The notes under the pieces: generated by a model
Told to the model about the DNA's origin: nothing
Seen by the model: only the letters and a program-made list of their open reading frames with translations
Databases searched by the model: none
From: an uncultured Muribaculaceae bacterium
GTDB lineage: Bacteria > Bacillota_I > Bacilli_A > RF39 > UBA660
Assembly (NCBI GenBank): GCA_964650315.1
Contig: CAZYQE010000002.1
Location: forward strand, 3,534-67,533
Direction: 5' to 3'
Length of the DNA stretch: 64,000 nucleotides
Part shown: in pieces, positions 40,548 to 49,232 of the stretch
Layout of the letters: the number at the start of each line of letters is the position of its first letter
Numbering within the stretch: the stretch's first letter is position 1
Program-made: the position numbers and the translations under genes

Positions 40548-41111
40548 ATGTCAAAAGTAAGAAGAAAGAGTTTAATTGGTACAAGTAAACATTCTATATT
40601 TTTAGTTATATTATTCTTTATGGCTATTTTTATTGGAGTAGGTTACTCTTATTTAAATAGCGCTCTATCAGTAAATGGTATGACTAAAATATCAAAGAAT
40701 ACATGGAATGTTCATTTTGATAATATACTTGTAAAAGAAGGCAGTATACCTGATGGACATGTTACTATTACTAATGATGAATCAACAATTATTAATTTCC
40801 AAGTACCATTACAAAAACCGGGTGATTTTTATGAATTTAGTGTTGATGTAGTAAATAGTGGTACAATAGATGCTAAAATAGGAAGTATTATTAATACTGG
40901 TCTAACTGAAGATCAAAAAAAATACTTAGATTATACCGTTTTTTATGAAAATGGTTCTCAAATAAAAGAAAATGATCTATTAAAATCAAATAAAGATTCT
41001 AAAATAGTAATTAAAGTTAAATATAGAGATGATATTACAGAAAGTAATCTACCTACTGAAGATCAAAATATCAATTTAACATTTAATATTAATTATATAC
41101 AAGCTGATTAA
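40548..41111 (+). CDS. secreted beta-rich protein with SipW-cognate-like signal peptide (paralogue 2)
   Basis: N-terminus ...IFLVILFFMAIFIGVGYS|YLNSALSVNG. The mature region aligns with 37374-37913 along its full length (W.VHF.N..VKEGS, KPGD.YEF.VDVVN.G.I.AK, GLT..QK.Y..YTV.Y, DIT...LP..DQ..NLTF). Identity is roughly 40-50% by eye. Confidence 0.6.
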   Translation: MSKVRRKSLIGTSKHSIFLVILFFMAIFIGVGYSYLNSALSVNGMTKISKNTWNVHFDNILVKEGSIPDGHVTITNDESTIINFQVPLQKPGDFYEFSVDVVNSGTIDAKIGSIINTGLTEDQKKYLDYTVFYENGSQIKENDLLKSNKDSKIVIKVKYRDDITESNLPTEDQNINLTFNINYIQAD

Positions 41112-41220
41112 AATAATTCTTAATGGATTATTTTTATTTACGTAAAATTAAGTAAAGTATAATTGAAAAACCCTTTATTTTTCGGTATAATAATAGATGT
41201 GAGTATAGGAGTGATAATAA

Positions 41221-43122
41221 ATGGCTTTAAAATATGACGACTCATCAATTAAAATATTAGAAGGATTAGACGCAGTTAGAAAAAGACCTGGTATGTATAT
41301 TGGTTCTACTGATAAAAGAGGTCTTCATCATTTAGTGTGGGAAATTGTAGATAATTCTATAGATGAAGCTATTAATGGTTTTGGTGATTACATTAAAATT
41401 ACAATTCACTCTGATAAATCAATAAGTGTAGAAGATCATGGTAGAGGACTTCCTACTGGAACACATAAATCAGGTAAGTCTACACCAGAAGTAATATTTA
41501 CAGTATTACATGCTGGAGGTAAATTTGAATCAGATGGTTACAAAGTATCTGGAGGACTTCATGGTGTTGGATCTAGTGTTGTTAATGCACTTTCTAAATG
41601 GATGGAAGTAACTATTAAAAGAGATAAAAAAGAATATTTTATAAGTTTTAAAAATGGTGGACATGTAGATAAATCATTAAAACAAGTTGGTACAACAAAT
41701 CGTACAGGTACAGCAGTAAGATTTATGCCAGATGATGAAATATTCTCATCTACAAATTTTTCTTTCACTACAATCTGTGAAAGAATGCAAGAATCTGCAT
41801 TCTTATTAAAAGGTATTACTATAGAAGTAGTTGATGAAGAAGATGAAAGAAGTGCTAAATTCCATTATGAACGTGGTATAGAAGAATTTGTAGAAGATAT
41901 TAATAAAGGTAAAAATACTTTACACAAAGTATTATCTATAAATGGTAAAAAAGATAAAATTGAAGTTGATATAGCACTTCAATATACAGATAAATATAAT
42001 GAAAATATAGTTAGTTTTGTAAACAACGTTAAAACTATAGATGGTGGAACACACGAAGTAGGATTTAAAACAGCTTTAACTAAAGTATTTAATGATTATG
42101 CAAAAAGTAATGGTTTTATTAAAGGAAAAGAAAAGTCACTTGAGGGTAGTGATGTACGTGAAGGATTAACTGCAGTAATTAGTTTAAAAATACCAGAAGA
42201 ATTATTACAATTTGAAGGACAAACTAAAGGTAAACTTGGTACTCCACAAGCAAGAGTTGTAGTAGAAAATATAGTTAGTGATAATTTAAGAGTATTTTTA
42301 GAAGAAAATAAATCTATTGCTACTGAATTAATTAATAAAAGTTTAAAAAGTAAAATAGCTAGAGAAGCTGCTCGTAAAGCAAGAGCTGAAGCTAGAAAAG
42401 GTAGTAAGAAAAATGCTAAAGAAAGAAGTCTTTCTGGTAAACTTGCTCCTGCACAGAGTAAAGATAAAAAGAAAAAGGAATTATTCTTAGTCGAGGGTGA
42501 TTCTGCAGGAGGTTCTGCTAAACAAGGTAGAGATCGTAAATATCAAGCAATCCTTCCACTTAGAGGTAAAGTTTTAAATACAGAAAAGACTAAAGAAGAA
42601 GATATATTAAAAAACGAAGAAATAAATACAATGATTTATACTATTGGAGCTGGTTATGGTCCTAACTTTGATATAAGTGATTGTGAGTATAATAAAGTAA
42701 TTATAATGAGCGATGCTGATGAAGATGGTGGACATATTCAATGTTTACTTTTAACATTCTTCTATCGATATATGAGACCATTAATAGAAGATGGAAGGCT
42801 ATTCGTTGCACTGCCACCACTATTTAAAATACAAAGTGGTAAAGAGATAGAATATGCTTATACAATAGAAGAAATGAAAGAAAAATCTAAAGGAAAAAGA
42901 TGTGATATTCAAAGATATAAAGGTCTTGGTGAAATGAATGCCGATCAATTATGTGAAACAACTATGAGACCAGGATCAAGAACATTAATAAGAGTTAATA
43001 TTGAAGATGCACAATTAGCAGAAAAACGTGTTTCTATACTTATGGGAGATGATGTACCTCCTCGTAAGGAATGGATAGAAGAGAATGTAGAATTCTCATT
43101 AGAAGATGATTATCAAATTTAA
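41221..43122 (+). CDS. parE: DNA topoisomerase IV subunit B
   Basis: GHKL ATPase motifs (LEGLDAVRKRPGMYIGS, VDNSIDEA, GGLHGVGSSVVNALS) and a TOPRIM region (EGDSAGGSAKQGRDR, DADEDGGHI). Assigned to Topo IV because the partner gene is ParC-like. Confidence 0.8.
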   Translation: MALKYDDSSIKILEGLDAVRKRPGMYIGSTDKRGLHHLVWEIVDNSIDEAINGFGDYIKITIHSDKSISVEDHGRGLPTGTHKSGKSTPEVIFTVLHAGGKFESDGYKVSGGLHGVGSSVVNALSKWMEVTIKRDKKEYFISFKNGGHVDKSLKQVGTTNRTGTAVRFMPDDEIFSSTNFSFTTICERMQESAFLLKGITIEVVDEEDERSAKFHYERGIEEFVEDINKGKNTLHKVLSINGKKDKIEVDIALQYTDKYNENIVSFVNNVKTIDGGTHEVGFKTALTKVFNDYAKSNGFIKGKEKSLEGSDVREGLTAVISLKIPEELLQFEGQTKGKLGTPQARVVVENIVSDNLRVFLEENKSIATELINKSLKSKIAREAARKARAEARKGSKKNAKERSLSGKLAPAQSKDKKKKELFLVEGDSAGGSAKQGRDRKYQAILPLRGKVLNTEKTKEEDILKNEEINTMIYTIGAGYGPNFDISDCEYNKVIIMSDADEDGGHIQCLLLTFFYRYMRPLIEDGRLFVALPPLFKIQSGKEIEYAYTIEEMKEKSKGKRCDIQRYKGLGEMNADQLCETTMRPGSRTLIRVNIEDAQLAEKRVSILMGDDVPPRKEWIEENVEFSLEDDYQI

Positions 43123-43144
43123 ATAACAAATAGTAGGTGATATA

Positions 43145-45685
43145 ATGCCAAAAAAACAAACTAAAATTGAGGAAGTTATAGAAAAGATATTTGACTATAC
43201 ACTAGAAGATATTATGGGTGAACGTTTTGGATCTTATTCTAAATATATTATTCAAGATCGTGCTATACCTGATGCAAGAGATGGATTAAAACCTGTACAA
43301 CGTCGTATATTGTATTCTATGAATAAAGAACGTAATACTTATGACAAAGGATATAGAAAAAGTGCTAAGACTGTTGGAGACGTTATAGGTAATTACCATC
43401 CACATGGTGATACTTCTATATATGATGCTATGGTTAGAATGTCACAATCTTGGAAGACAAGACTCCCATATATTGATATGCATGGAAATAATGGATCAAT
43501 AGATGGAGATTCTCCTGCTGCATATCGTTATACAGAAGCAAGACTTTCTAAAATTAGTAATGAAATGCTTAAAGATATAGATAAAGATACAGTTGAATTT
43601 TCTCCTAACTTTGATGATACTACAACAGAACCAACTGTATTACCTGCAAGATTTCCAGCCTTATTAGTTTATGGATCTCAAGGTATTTCTGCAGGATATG
43701 CAACAAATATACCACCTCATAATTTAAATGAAATAATAGATGCTACAATACATAGAATAGATAATCCTAACTGTCAGTTAGATACTTTAATGAAATATGT
43801 AAAAGGTCCAGATTTTCCTACAGGAGGAATTGTAGAAGGACTTGATGGTATTCGAAGTGCATATGAAACAGGTAAGGGTAGAATTATAATTAAAAGTAGA
43901 TATGAAATAGATGAGAAAAAGAAACAAATTATAATTACAGAAATTCCATATGAATCTAATAAAGCTAATATGGTTAAAAAAATAGATGATATTAGAATAG
44001 ATAAAAAAATAGATGGAATTAGTGAAGTTAGAGATGAATCTGCTTCAGATATTAGAGTAGTAATTGATTTAAAGAAAAATGCTAATATAGATTTAGTAGT
44101 TAACTATTTACTTAAAAATACTGATATGCAAATAAGTTATAACTTTAATATGGTATCTATTGTAAATAGAAGACCTAAATTATTAGGATTAAAAAAAGCA
44201 TTAGATGCATTTATAAATCATCAAAAAGAAGTAGTACGTCGTCGTACTGAATTTGATTTACGTCATGCACAAGCAAGATATCATATAGTTGAAGGTTTAA
44301 TTAAATGTTTAGCTATCTTAGATGAAGTAATTAAAGTAATTAGAGCATCTAAAAATAAAAGTGATGCTAAAGAAAACTTAGTAAAAGAATTTGATTTTAC
44401 TATGGAACAAGCAGAAGCTATTGTAACATTGCAATTATATAGATTAACTAATACAGATGTAGTTGCTTTAGAAGAAGAAAAAGCTGCACTAGAGAAGAAA
44501 ATAGAAGCTCTACAAGCGATTCTTTCTAGTGAAGATGCTTTAAAATATGTAATGAAAAAAGAATTAAAAGCAGTTAAAAAAGAATATCCAACTCCAAGAC
44601 TTACTGATATTAAAGAAGAAATAACCGAAATTAAAATAGATACTACTGCAATGATACAAAAAGAAGATGTAGTAGTTGTAGTAACTAAAGATGGATATAT
44701 AAAACGTACTTCGTTTAGATCTTATAAAGCTTCTAATATGGAAGATTTAACTATTAAAGAAAATGATTATGTAATAGGTTTATATGAAATGAATACTACT
44801 GATACTTTATTAGTATTCACAACTAAAGGAAATTACTTACATATTCCAGTACATATAATACCTGATTTAAAATGGAAAGATATGCCTAAACATGTAAGTA
44901 ATATAATAGAAATATCTTCTGATGAAGATGTTATTTCATCTATTCCTGCATATGATTTTAAATCTGATAAGAATATAATTATTTCTACTCATAATGGTAT
45001 GATTAAACGCAGTAAATTATCTGACTTTAAATTACTTAGATATTCTAAACCAACTAGTTGTATGAAATTAAAAGATAACGACTATGTAATTGATGCCTTT
45101 ATAGAAGAAAAAGATACTGTCTTTATTACTACTGATTCTGGATATGGATTAAGTTTTAAAACTAATGAAATTCCAGTAGTAGGAGTAAAAGCTAGTGGTG
45201 TTAAAGCTATTAAATTAAAAGATGATCATGTAATATCTGTTAATAACTTTGATTATAATGAAGATGAATTTATTTCTGTTATTACTGATAAAGGTACTGG
45301 TAAAAGAATTAGATTAACAGAATTTGAATTATCTACTAGATCTAGAAGAGGATTAGTATTATTAAGAGAAGTAAAAACTAACCCATATAAAGTACTAAAA
45401 TCATTTATAACAAAAAACAATAATTATATAGGATTAAAATCTAATAAAATAAAATATATTAAAGTAACTGAATTATCTATTAATGATAGATATTCTACTG
45501 GTACACAAATATCAAAACAAAAATTAGAAGATGTATTTATAAAAGTAGATTTATTATCTAAAGAAACATCTAAAAAGAAAGAAACTACTGAAGTTAAAGA
45601 GGAGAAAAAAGAAGAGATTAAGAAAACTGTTTCTCTAAAAGAAATAGATGATAGATTAATGACTATAGATGATTTCTTAAAATAA
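43145..45685 (+). CDS. parC: DNA topoisomerase IV subunit A
   Basis: The N-terminus LEDIMGERFGSYSKYIIQDRAIPDARDGLKPVQRRILYSM matches the ParC-type start from memory (GyrA has LDYAMSVI). Active-site region AAYRYTEARL. No GyrA-box (QRRGGKG) is visible in the C-terminal domain. Confidence 0.8.
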   Translation: MPKKQTKIEEVIEKIFDYTLEDIMGERFGSYSKYIIQDRAIPDARDGLKPVQRRILYSMNKERNTYDKGYRKSAKTVGDVIGNYHPHGDTSIYDAMVRMSQSWKTRLPYIDMHGNNGSIDGDSPAAYRYTEARLSKISNEMLKDIDKDTVEFSPNFDDTTTEPTVLPARFPALLVYGSQGISAGYATNIPPHNLNEIIDATIHRIDNPNCQLDTLMKYVKGPDFPTGGIVEGLDGIRSAYETGKGRIIIKSRYEIDEKKKQIIITEIPYESNKANMVKKIDDIRIDKKIDGISEVRDESASDIRVVIDLKKNANIDLVVNYLLKNTDMQISYNFNMVSIVNRRPKLLGLKKALDAFINHQKEVVRRRTEFDLRHAQARYHIVEGLIKCLAILDEVIKVIRASKNKSDAKENLVKEFDFTMEQAEAIVTLQLYRLTNTDVVALEEEKAALEKKIEALQAILSSEDALKYVMKKELKAVKKEYPTPRLTDIKEEITEIKIDTTAMIQKEDVVVVVTKDGYIKRTSFRSYKASNMEDLTIKENDYVIGLYEMNTTDTLLVFTTKGNYLHIPVHIIPDLKWKDMPKHVSNIIEISSDEDVISSIPAYDFKSDKNIIISTHNGMIKRSKLSDFKLLRYSKPTSCMKLKDNDYVIDAFIEEKDTVFITTDSGYGLSFKTNEIPVVGVKASGVKAIKLKDDHVISVNNFDYNEDEFISVITDKGTGKRIRLTEFELSTRSRRGLVLLREVKTNPYKVLKSFITKNNNYIGLKSNKIKYIKVTELSINDRYSTGTQISKQKLEDVFIKVDLLSKETSKKKETTEVKEEKKEEIKKTVSLKEIDDRLMTIDDFLK

Positions 45686-45687
45686 TA

Positions 45688-45714
45688 AAAAGAGAAAATT
45701 ATTTCTCTTTTTTT
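45688..45714 (+). terminator. intrinsic terminator after parC
   Basis: AGAGAAA-ATTA-TTTCTCT followed by TTTTTT. Confidence 0.7.
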
Positions 45715-45737
45715 CATATACTTAAATAGGTGATATT

Positions 45738-46067
45738 ATGTCAAAAGAATCATTTAAAAACTTTGCTAGAAATCATACAGAATTAGCTAATCAAATAATA
45801 GAAGGTAAAACTAGTTGGCAGAAACTATATGAATTATATGAAATATATGGAGAAGATTCTACTATCTGGAATGAATATTTAAACACTAAACAAACCACAA
45901 TATCAGATTTTATAAGTACTATAAAAAATATAGACATGAATTCTATTCAATCAGGAATTAAAAATATTCAAAAAACAATTAATTTACTACAAGAAATAGG
46001 ATTAGGTTCTAATAATACAAATAATAATTATGAACCTAGACCAATGTATAAATATTTTGAGGATTAA
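45738..46067 (+). CDS. YlbD-like (putative spore coat) protein
   Basis: SFKNFARNHTELANQIIEGKTSWQKLYELYEIYGEDSTIW resembles the YlbD N-terminal motif (...ATWQELYE.W.LLGE...) recalled from Bacillus. The gene order ylbD-ylbE-ylbF-rsmD is retained. Confidence 0.5.
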   Translation: MSKESFKNFARNHTELANQIIEGKTSWQKLYELYEIYGEDSTIWNEYLNTKQTTISDFISTIKNIDMNSIQSGIKNIQKTINLLQEIGLGSNNTNNNYEPRPMYKYFED

Positions 46068-46068
46068 T

Positions 46069-46290
46069 ATGGATAAACACACAATAAATATAATTAAGAA
46101 TAATCCTAATATATATAATTATTTAAGAGAAAATTCATATTGGTATAAAGAATTAAATAGAGATATACAATCTATAAAAAAACTAGAACAAGAAATGAGA
46201 CAGAAATACAAACAAACTACTATAGATAAAATAGATACTTTAACAAGAAATATCAATTTAATTTCTACATTTATAGATGTATTAAAATAA
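46069..46290 (+). CDS. YlbE-like small protein
   Basis: The start at ATG 46069 (MDKHTINIIKNNPNIYNYLRENSYWYKELNR) is preferred over the track start at 46030, which overlaps the upstream gene. The motif REQPMWYR-like SYWYKEL supports the call. Confidence 0.45.
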   Translation: MDKHTINIIKNNPNIYNYLRENSYWYKELNRDIQSIKKLEQEMRQKYKQTTIDKIDTLTRNINLISTFIDVLK

Positions 46291-46308
46291 TTATGATAAA
46301 ATATACAT

Positions 46309-46590
46309 ATGGAAGAATTATTAGAAAAGATAGACAATTTAAAAACATCTTTAAATAATGAAGAAGTTATTATAAGAATTAATAAATTAAATAAAGAAGT
46401 AGAAAAAGAAAAAGACCTATTAAATTTAATTAATGAATACAAACTAAATAATAAAGAATCTATAAAAAAAGAAATATATAATAACGAATTATTTAAAAAG
46501 TATAAAGAATCTGAAACAGATTTAAATCTTTTAATAATGTCTATTAATACAAAACTAAAAGAAATAAACAAAGGGAGAAAATGTCAGTGA
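46309..46590 (+). CDS. YlbF/YmcA-family-like small helical protein
   Basis: A 93-aa coiled helical protein in the ylbF position upstream of rsmD. Confidence 0.4.
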   Translation: MEELLEKIDNLKTSLNNEEVIIRINKLNKEVEKEKDLLNLINEYKLNNKESIKKEIYNNELFKKYKESETDLNLLIMSINTKLKEINKGRKCQ

Positions 46591-47132
46591 AAGTAATTAG
46601 TGGTAAGTATAAAGGAAGAAAAATATTAGGTTTTGATATTGATGGTACAAGACCTACAATGGATAGAGTAAAAGAAAGTCTGTTCGCTATGATACAAGAC
46701 TATATAAATGAATCAGTAGTATTAGATTTGTTTTCTGGTAGTGGTAATCTAGGAATAGAAGCTTTAAGTATGGGTTCCAAATATGTCTATTTTGTTGATA
46801 ATAATAAAAAAGCATATAATACAATAAAGAATAATATAGTAAATATTGGTATAGAAAACTTTAATATTTTAAATACCGATTATAAAAAAGCATTAAATTA
46901 TTATAAAGAAAATAATATAAAATTTGATATTATCTTTTTAGATCCACCATATAATACAAATTATATAGAAAAGAGTATTGAATTAATAGATAAATATAAA
47001 TTATTAAATAATAAAGGAATTATAGTTGCTGAAAGTAGCGATATTAATAAAATAATATATCCTAAAAATTACAAAGTGATTAAAGATAAAAAGTATAATG
47101 ATAAATGGGTAGTAATATTAAAACAATTATGA
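46581..47132 (+). CDS. rsmD: 16S rRNA (guanine966-N2)-methyltransferase
   Basis: VISGKYKGRKI, RPTMDRVKESLF, LDLFSGSGNLGIEALS and FLDPPY motifs. The true start may be GTG 46587, which has better RBS spacing. Confidence 0.88.
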   Translation: MSVKVISGKYKGRKILGFDIDGTRPTMDRVKESLFAMIQDYINESVVLDLFSGSGNLGIEALSMGSKYVYFVDNNKKAYNTIKNNIVNIGIENFNILNTDYKKALNYYKENNIKFDIIFLDPPYNTNYIEKSIELIDKYKLLNNKGIIVAESSDINKIIYPKNYKVIKDKKYNDKWVVILKQL

Positions 47133-47159
47133 TAGAATTATTTTAAGATAGGTGATACT

Positions 47160-48137
47160 ATGAAAAGATTAAATAATAAGGGATTTGCTATATCAACACT
47201 ATTATATGGATCAATATTAATAATATTTCTAATAGTAGTAGCTTTAATGGCTACTTTAGGAACTACTAGAAAAAATACTAAGAATTTGATGTATCAAATA
47301 GATGATGAGTTAAATAGATATTCTAATATTAATCAACATTTTGTATATGATCAAGATATAGATGACGAAGCAGGAAGAAAAATATTTATATTAGAAGATG
47401 GCTGGTATTTAATAGAACTATGGGATACAACAAATAAATTTTCAGGAGTTGCATATTTTAAAAAAGATGAAAAGATAAATGTATATTTAAAAGCAAAAGA
47501 TGCAGATGAAGTTTCATATATAACTTTTGGTGAGAATCCAAATGAAGCTGATATCAAACATTTTTCAGCTGTTAAATATACAGCCGAATCAAAAACTAAT
47601 TCAGAATTTAAAATATCCAAATTATCAAATGATCCTGAAAACAAAGTGCCAATTCCAGAGCAAGAAACAAAATTAAATAATGTTCAATATATAAGAGACT
47701 GCATGAATAGTATTAATAATAATTCTTGGGTATTTTGGACTGAAATTCAAGCTTATGATAACAACAACAATAAAATAGACTTATCATCAAAAACTTGGGA
47801 ATTTGATAATAAAGGTGGGACAACAGGTTCTGGTGGAATCGATGCACAAAAAGTAATATTTGATAATAAAATATCAAAACAAGAAAGTGGAACTTATTTC
47901 GGAGTTAAAAATACTGATACTTCAAAAAGTTTATGTATAACAATAAATTTAGGTAGCAAATATAATCTAAGCGAGATAGCAGTATGGCATTTCCACGAAG
48001 ATTTTAGAAAGTATCCAAATCATAAAATATCAGTTTCAGAAACTAATGAAGATGGATCTTTTAGAGAAGTTTACAGTGGCTCTAGAAAGGAAACTTTACT
48101 TGGTATTAGATATGCAGATAGATATATAATAAATTAA
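47160..48137 (+). CDS. pilin-like (Glu5-less class III signal) protein with C-terminal discoidin/F5-8-type-C-like domain
   Basis: The N-terminus MKRLNNKG|FAISTLLYGSILIIFLIVVALMA is minor-pilin-like. The C-terminus (...WTEIQAYD..., LCITINLGSKYNLSEIAVWHF....YPNHKISVSETNEDGSFREVY) follows the galactose-binding-like/discoidin pattern. Confidence 0.55.
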   Translation: MKRLNNKGFAISTLLYGSILIIFLIVVALMATLGTTRKNTKNLMYQIDDELNRYSNINQHFVYDQDIDDEAGRKIFILEDGWYLIELWDTTNKFSGVAYFKKDEKINVYLKAKDADEVSYITFGENPNEADIKHFSAVKYTAESKTNSEFKISKLSNDPENKVPIPEQETKLNNVQYIRDCMNSINNNSWVFWTEIQAYDNNNNKIDLSSKTWEFDNKGGTTGSGGIDAQKVIFDNKISKQESGTYFGVKNTDTSKSLCITINLGSKYNLSEIAVWHFHEDFRKYPNHKISVSETNEDGSFREVYSGSRKETLLGIRYADRYIIN

Positions 48138-48153
48138 CAATAAAAATAAAAAA

Positions 48154-48181
48154 ATTAGCACTATATAGTTGACAAGTGCTA
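48154..48181 (+). promoter_or_regulatory. CIRCE operator 1 (HrcA binding site)
   Basis: TTAGCACTA-N10-AAGTGCTAA versus consensus TTAGCACTC-N9-GAGTGCTAA. It overlaps the -35 box. Confidence 0.8.
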
Positions 48182-48196
48182 ATTTTTTGTATACAA
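48168..48196 (+). promoter_or_regulatory. sigma-A promoter of hrcA-grpE-dnaK-dnaJ
   Basis: TTGACA at 48168-73, 17-nt spacer, TACAAT at 48191-96. Confidence 0.7.
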
Positions 48197-48200
48197 TATA

Positions 48201-48227
48201 ATTAGCACTCATATAAATAAAGTGCTA
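48201..48227 (+). promoter_or_regulatory. CIRCE operator 2
   Basis: TTAGCACTC-ATATAAATA-AAGTGCTAG, a 9-9-9 architecture, located between the -10 and the RBS. Confidence 0.85.
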
Positions 48228-48240
48228 GGAGGGTTTGCTT

Positions 48241-49227
48241 ATGTTAACTGATAGACAGAATAAGATTTTGAAGTTAATAGTTGAACACTATATTAAGTTA
48301 GCTAAACCAGTAGGTTCTAAATTAATTAGTAAAAAATTAAAATGTTCTAGCGCAACTATTCGTAATGAAATGGCTGCTTTAGAGGATCAACAACTATTAG
48401 AAAAAACTCATACTTCTTCTGGCAGAATTCCTAGTGAAAAAGGTTATCGTTATTATGTAGATAATCTAATGGAAACTAAGAAAATGACTGGAGAAGACAT
48501 GTTAAGACTTCAATTAGTATTTCATAATCAGCAACTTGCCTTATCTGATGTAATAACTAAGAGTTTGCAGGTTATATCAGATATGACTAATTATGCTACT
48601 GTAGTACTTGGTAGTACTTCTCATGAGAATCTTCTTAAAAAAATAGAAGTAGTTCCGATTGATGATGTTAGTATGATAGTAATTATAGTTACTGACAAAG
48701 GACATGTAGAACATAAAAATATTCAACTTAAAGAAGTGTCTTTAGAAGAAATTAAGAAAACTGTTGGACTAATTAACAAGTTAATTGTAGGTACTCCTAT
48801 AGATGAGATTTCTACTAAATTAGAGTATGAAATCAAGCCAATTATAGGCAAATATGTAAAACAGCATGAACAATTATATAATGCCTTCTATCATGTGTTT
48901 AATGATTTTACAAATCATGATGTTAATGTTGTAGGTAAATCTAAGTTCTTAAATCAACCAGAATTTAGTAATGTTGATAAGATTAAGAATGTCTTTAATA
49001 AATTAGAAGATGAAGACTTACTTCAAAATATTGAAGAAGATTCTGATAATAACATTAAAGTATATATTGGAAAAGAATCTAATATAGATGATGATGTTAC
49101 AGTTATTAAAACTAAATTTAATGCTGGTGGAGAAGAAGGAACTTTAGCGATTATAGGTCCTAAAAGAATGGAATATGATCGAGTTGTTTCAATGTTAGAA
49201 TACATGAAAGAGAATATAGAAAGGTAG
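48241..49227 (+). CDS. hrcA: heat-inducible transcription repressor HrcA
   Basis: MLTDRQNKILKLIVEHYIKLAKPVGSK. ATG at 48241 after AGGAGGG (track start TTG 48235). First gene of the dnaK operon. Confidence 0.93.
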   Translation: MLTDRQNKILKLIVEHYIKLAKPVGSKLISKKLKCSSATIRNEMAALEDQQLLEKTHTSSGRIPSEKGYRYYVDNLMETKKMTGEDMLRLQLVFHNQQLALSDVITKSLQVISDMTNYATVVLGSTSHENLLKKIEVVPIDDVSMIVIIVTDKGHVEHKNIQLKEVSLEEIKKTVGLINKLIVGTPIDEISTKLEYEIKPIIGKYVKQHEQLYNAFYHVFNDFTNHDVNVVGKSKFLNQPEFSNVDKIKNVFNKLEDEDLLQNIEEDSDNNIKVYIGKESNIDDDVTVIKTKFNAGGEEGTLAIIGPKRMEYDRVVSMLEYMKENIER

Positions 49228-49232
49228 GTATT

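Noticed and set aside
41221-45685. Possibility that this gene pair is gyrB/gyrA rather than parE/parC.
   Set aside because: The A-subunit N-terminus (ERFGSYSKYIIQDRAIPDARDGLKPVQRRILY) matches the ParC-type start, and I found no GyrA-box in the C-terminal domain. The locus is also not next to dnaA/dnaN/recF. A phylogeny would settle it, so some uncertainty is kept in the confidence value.
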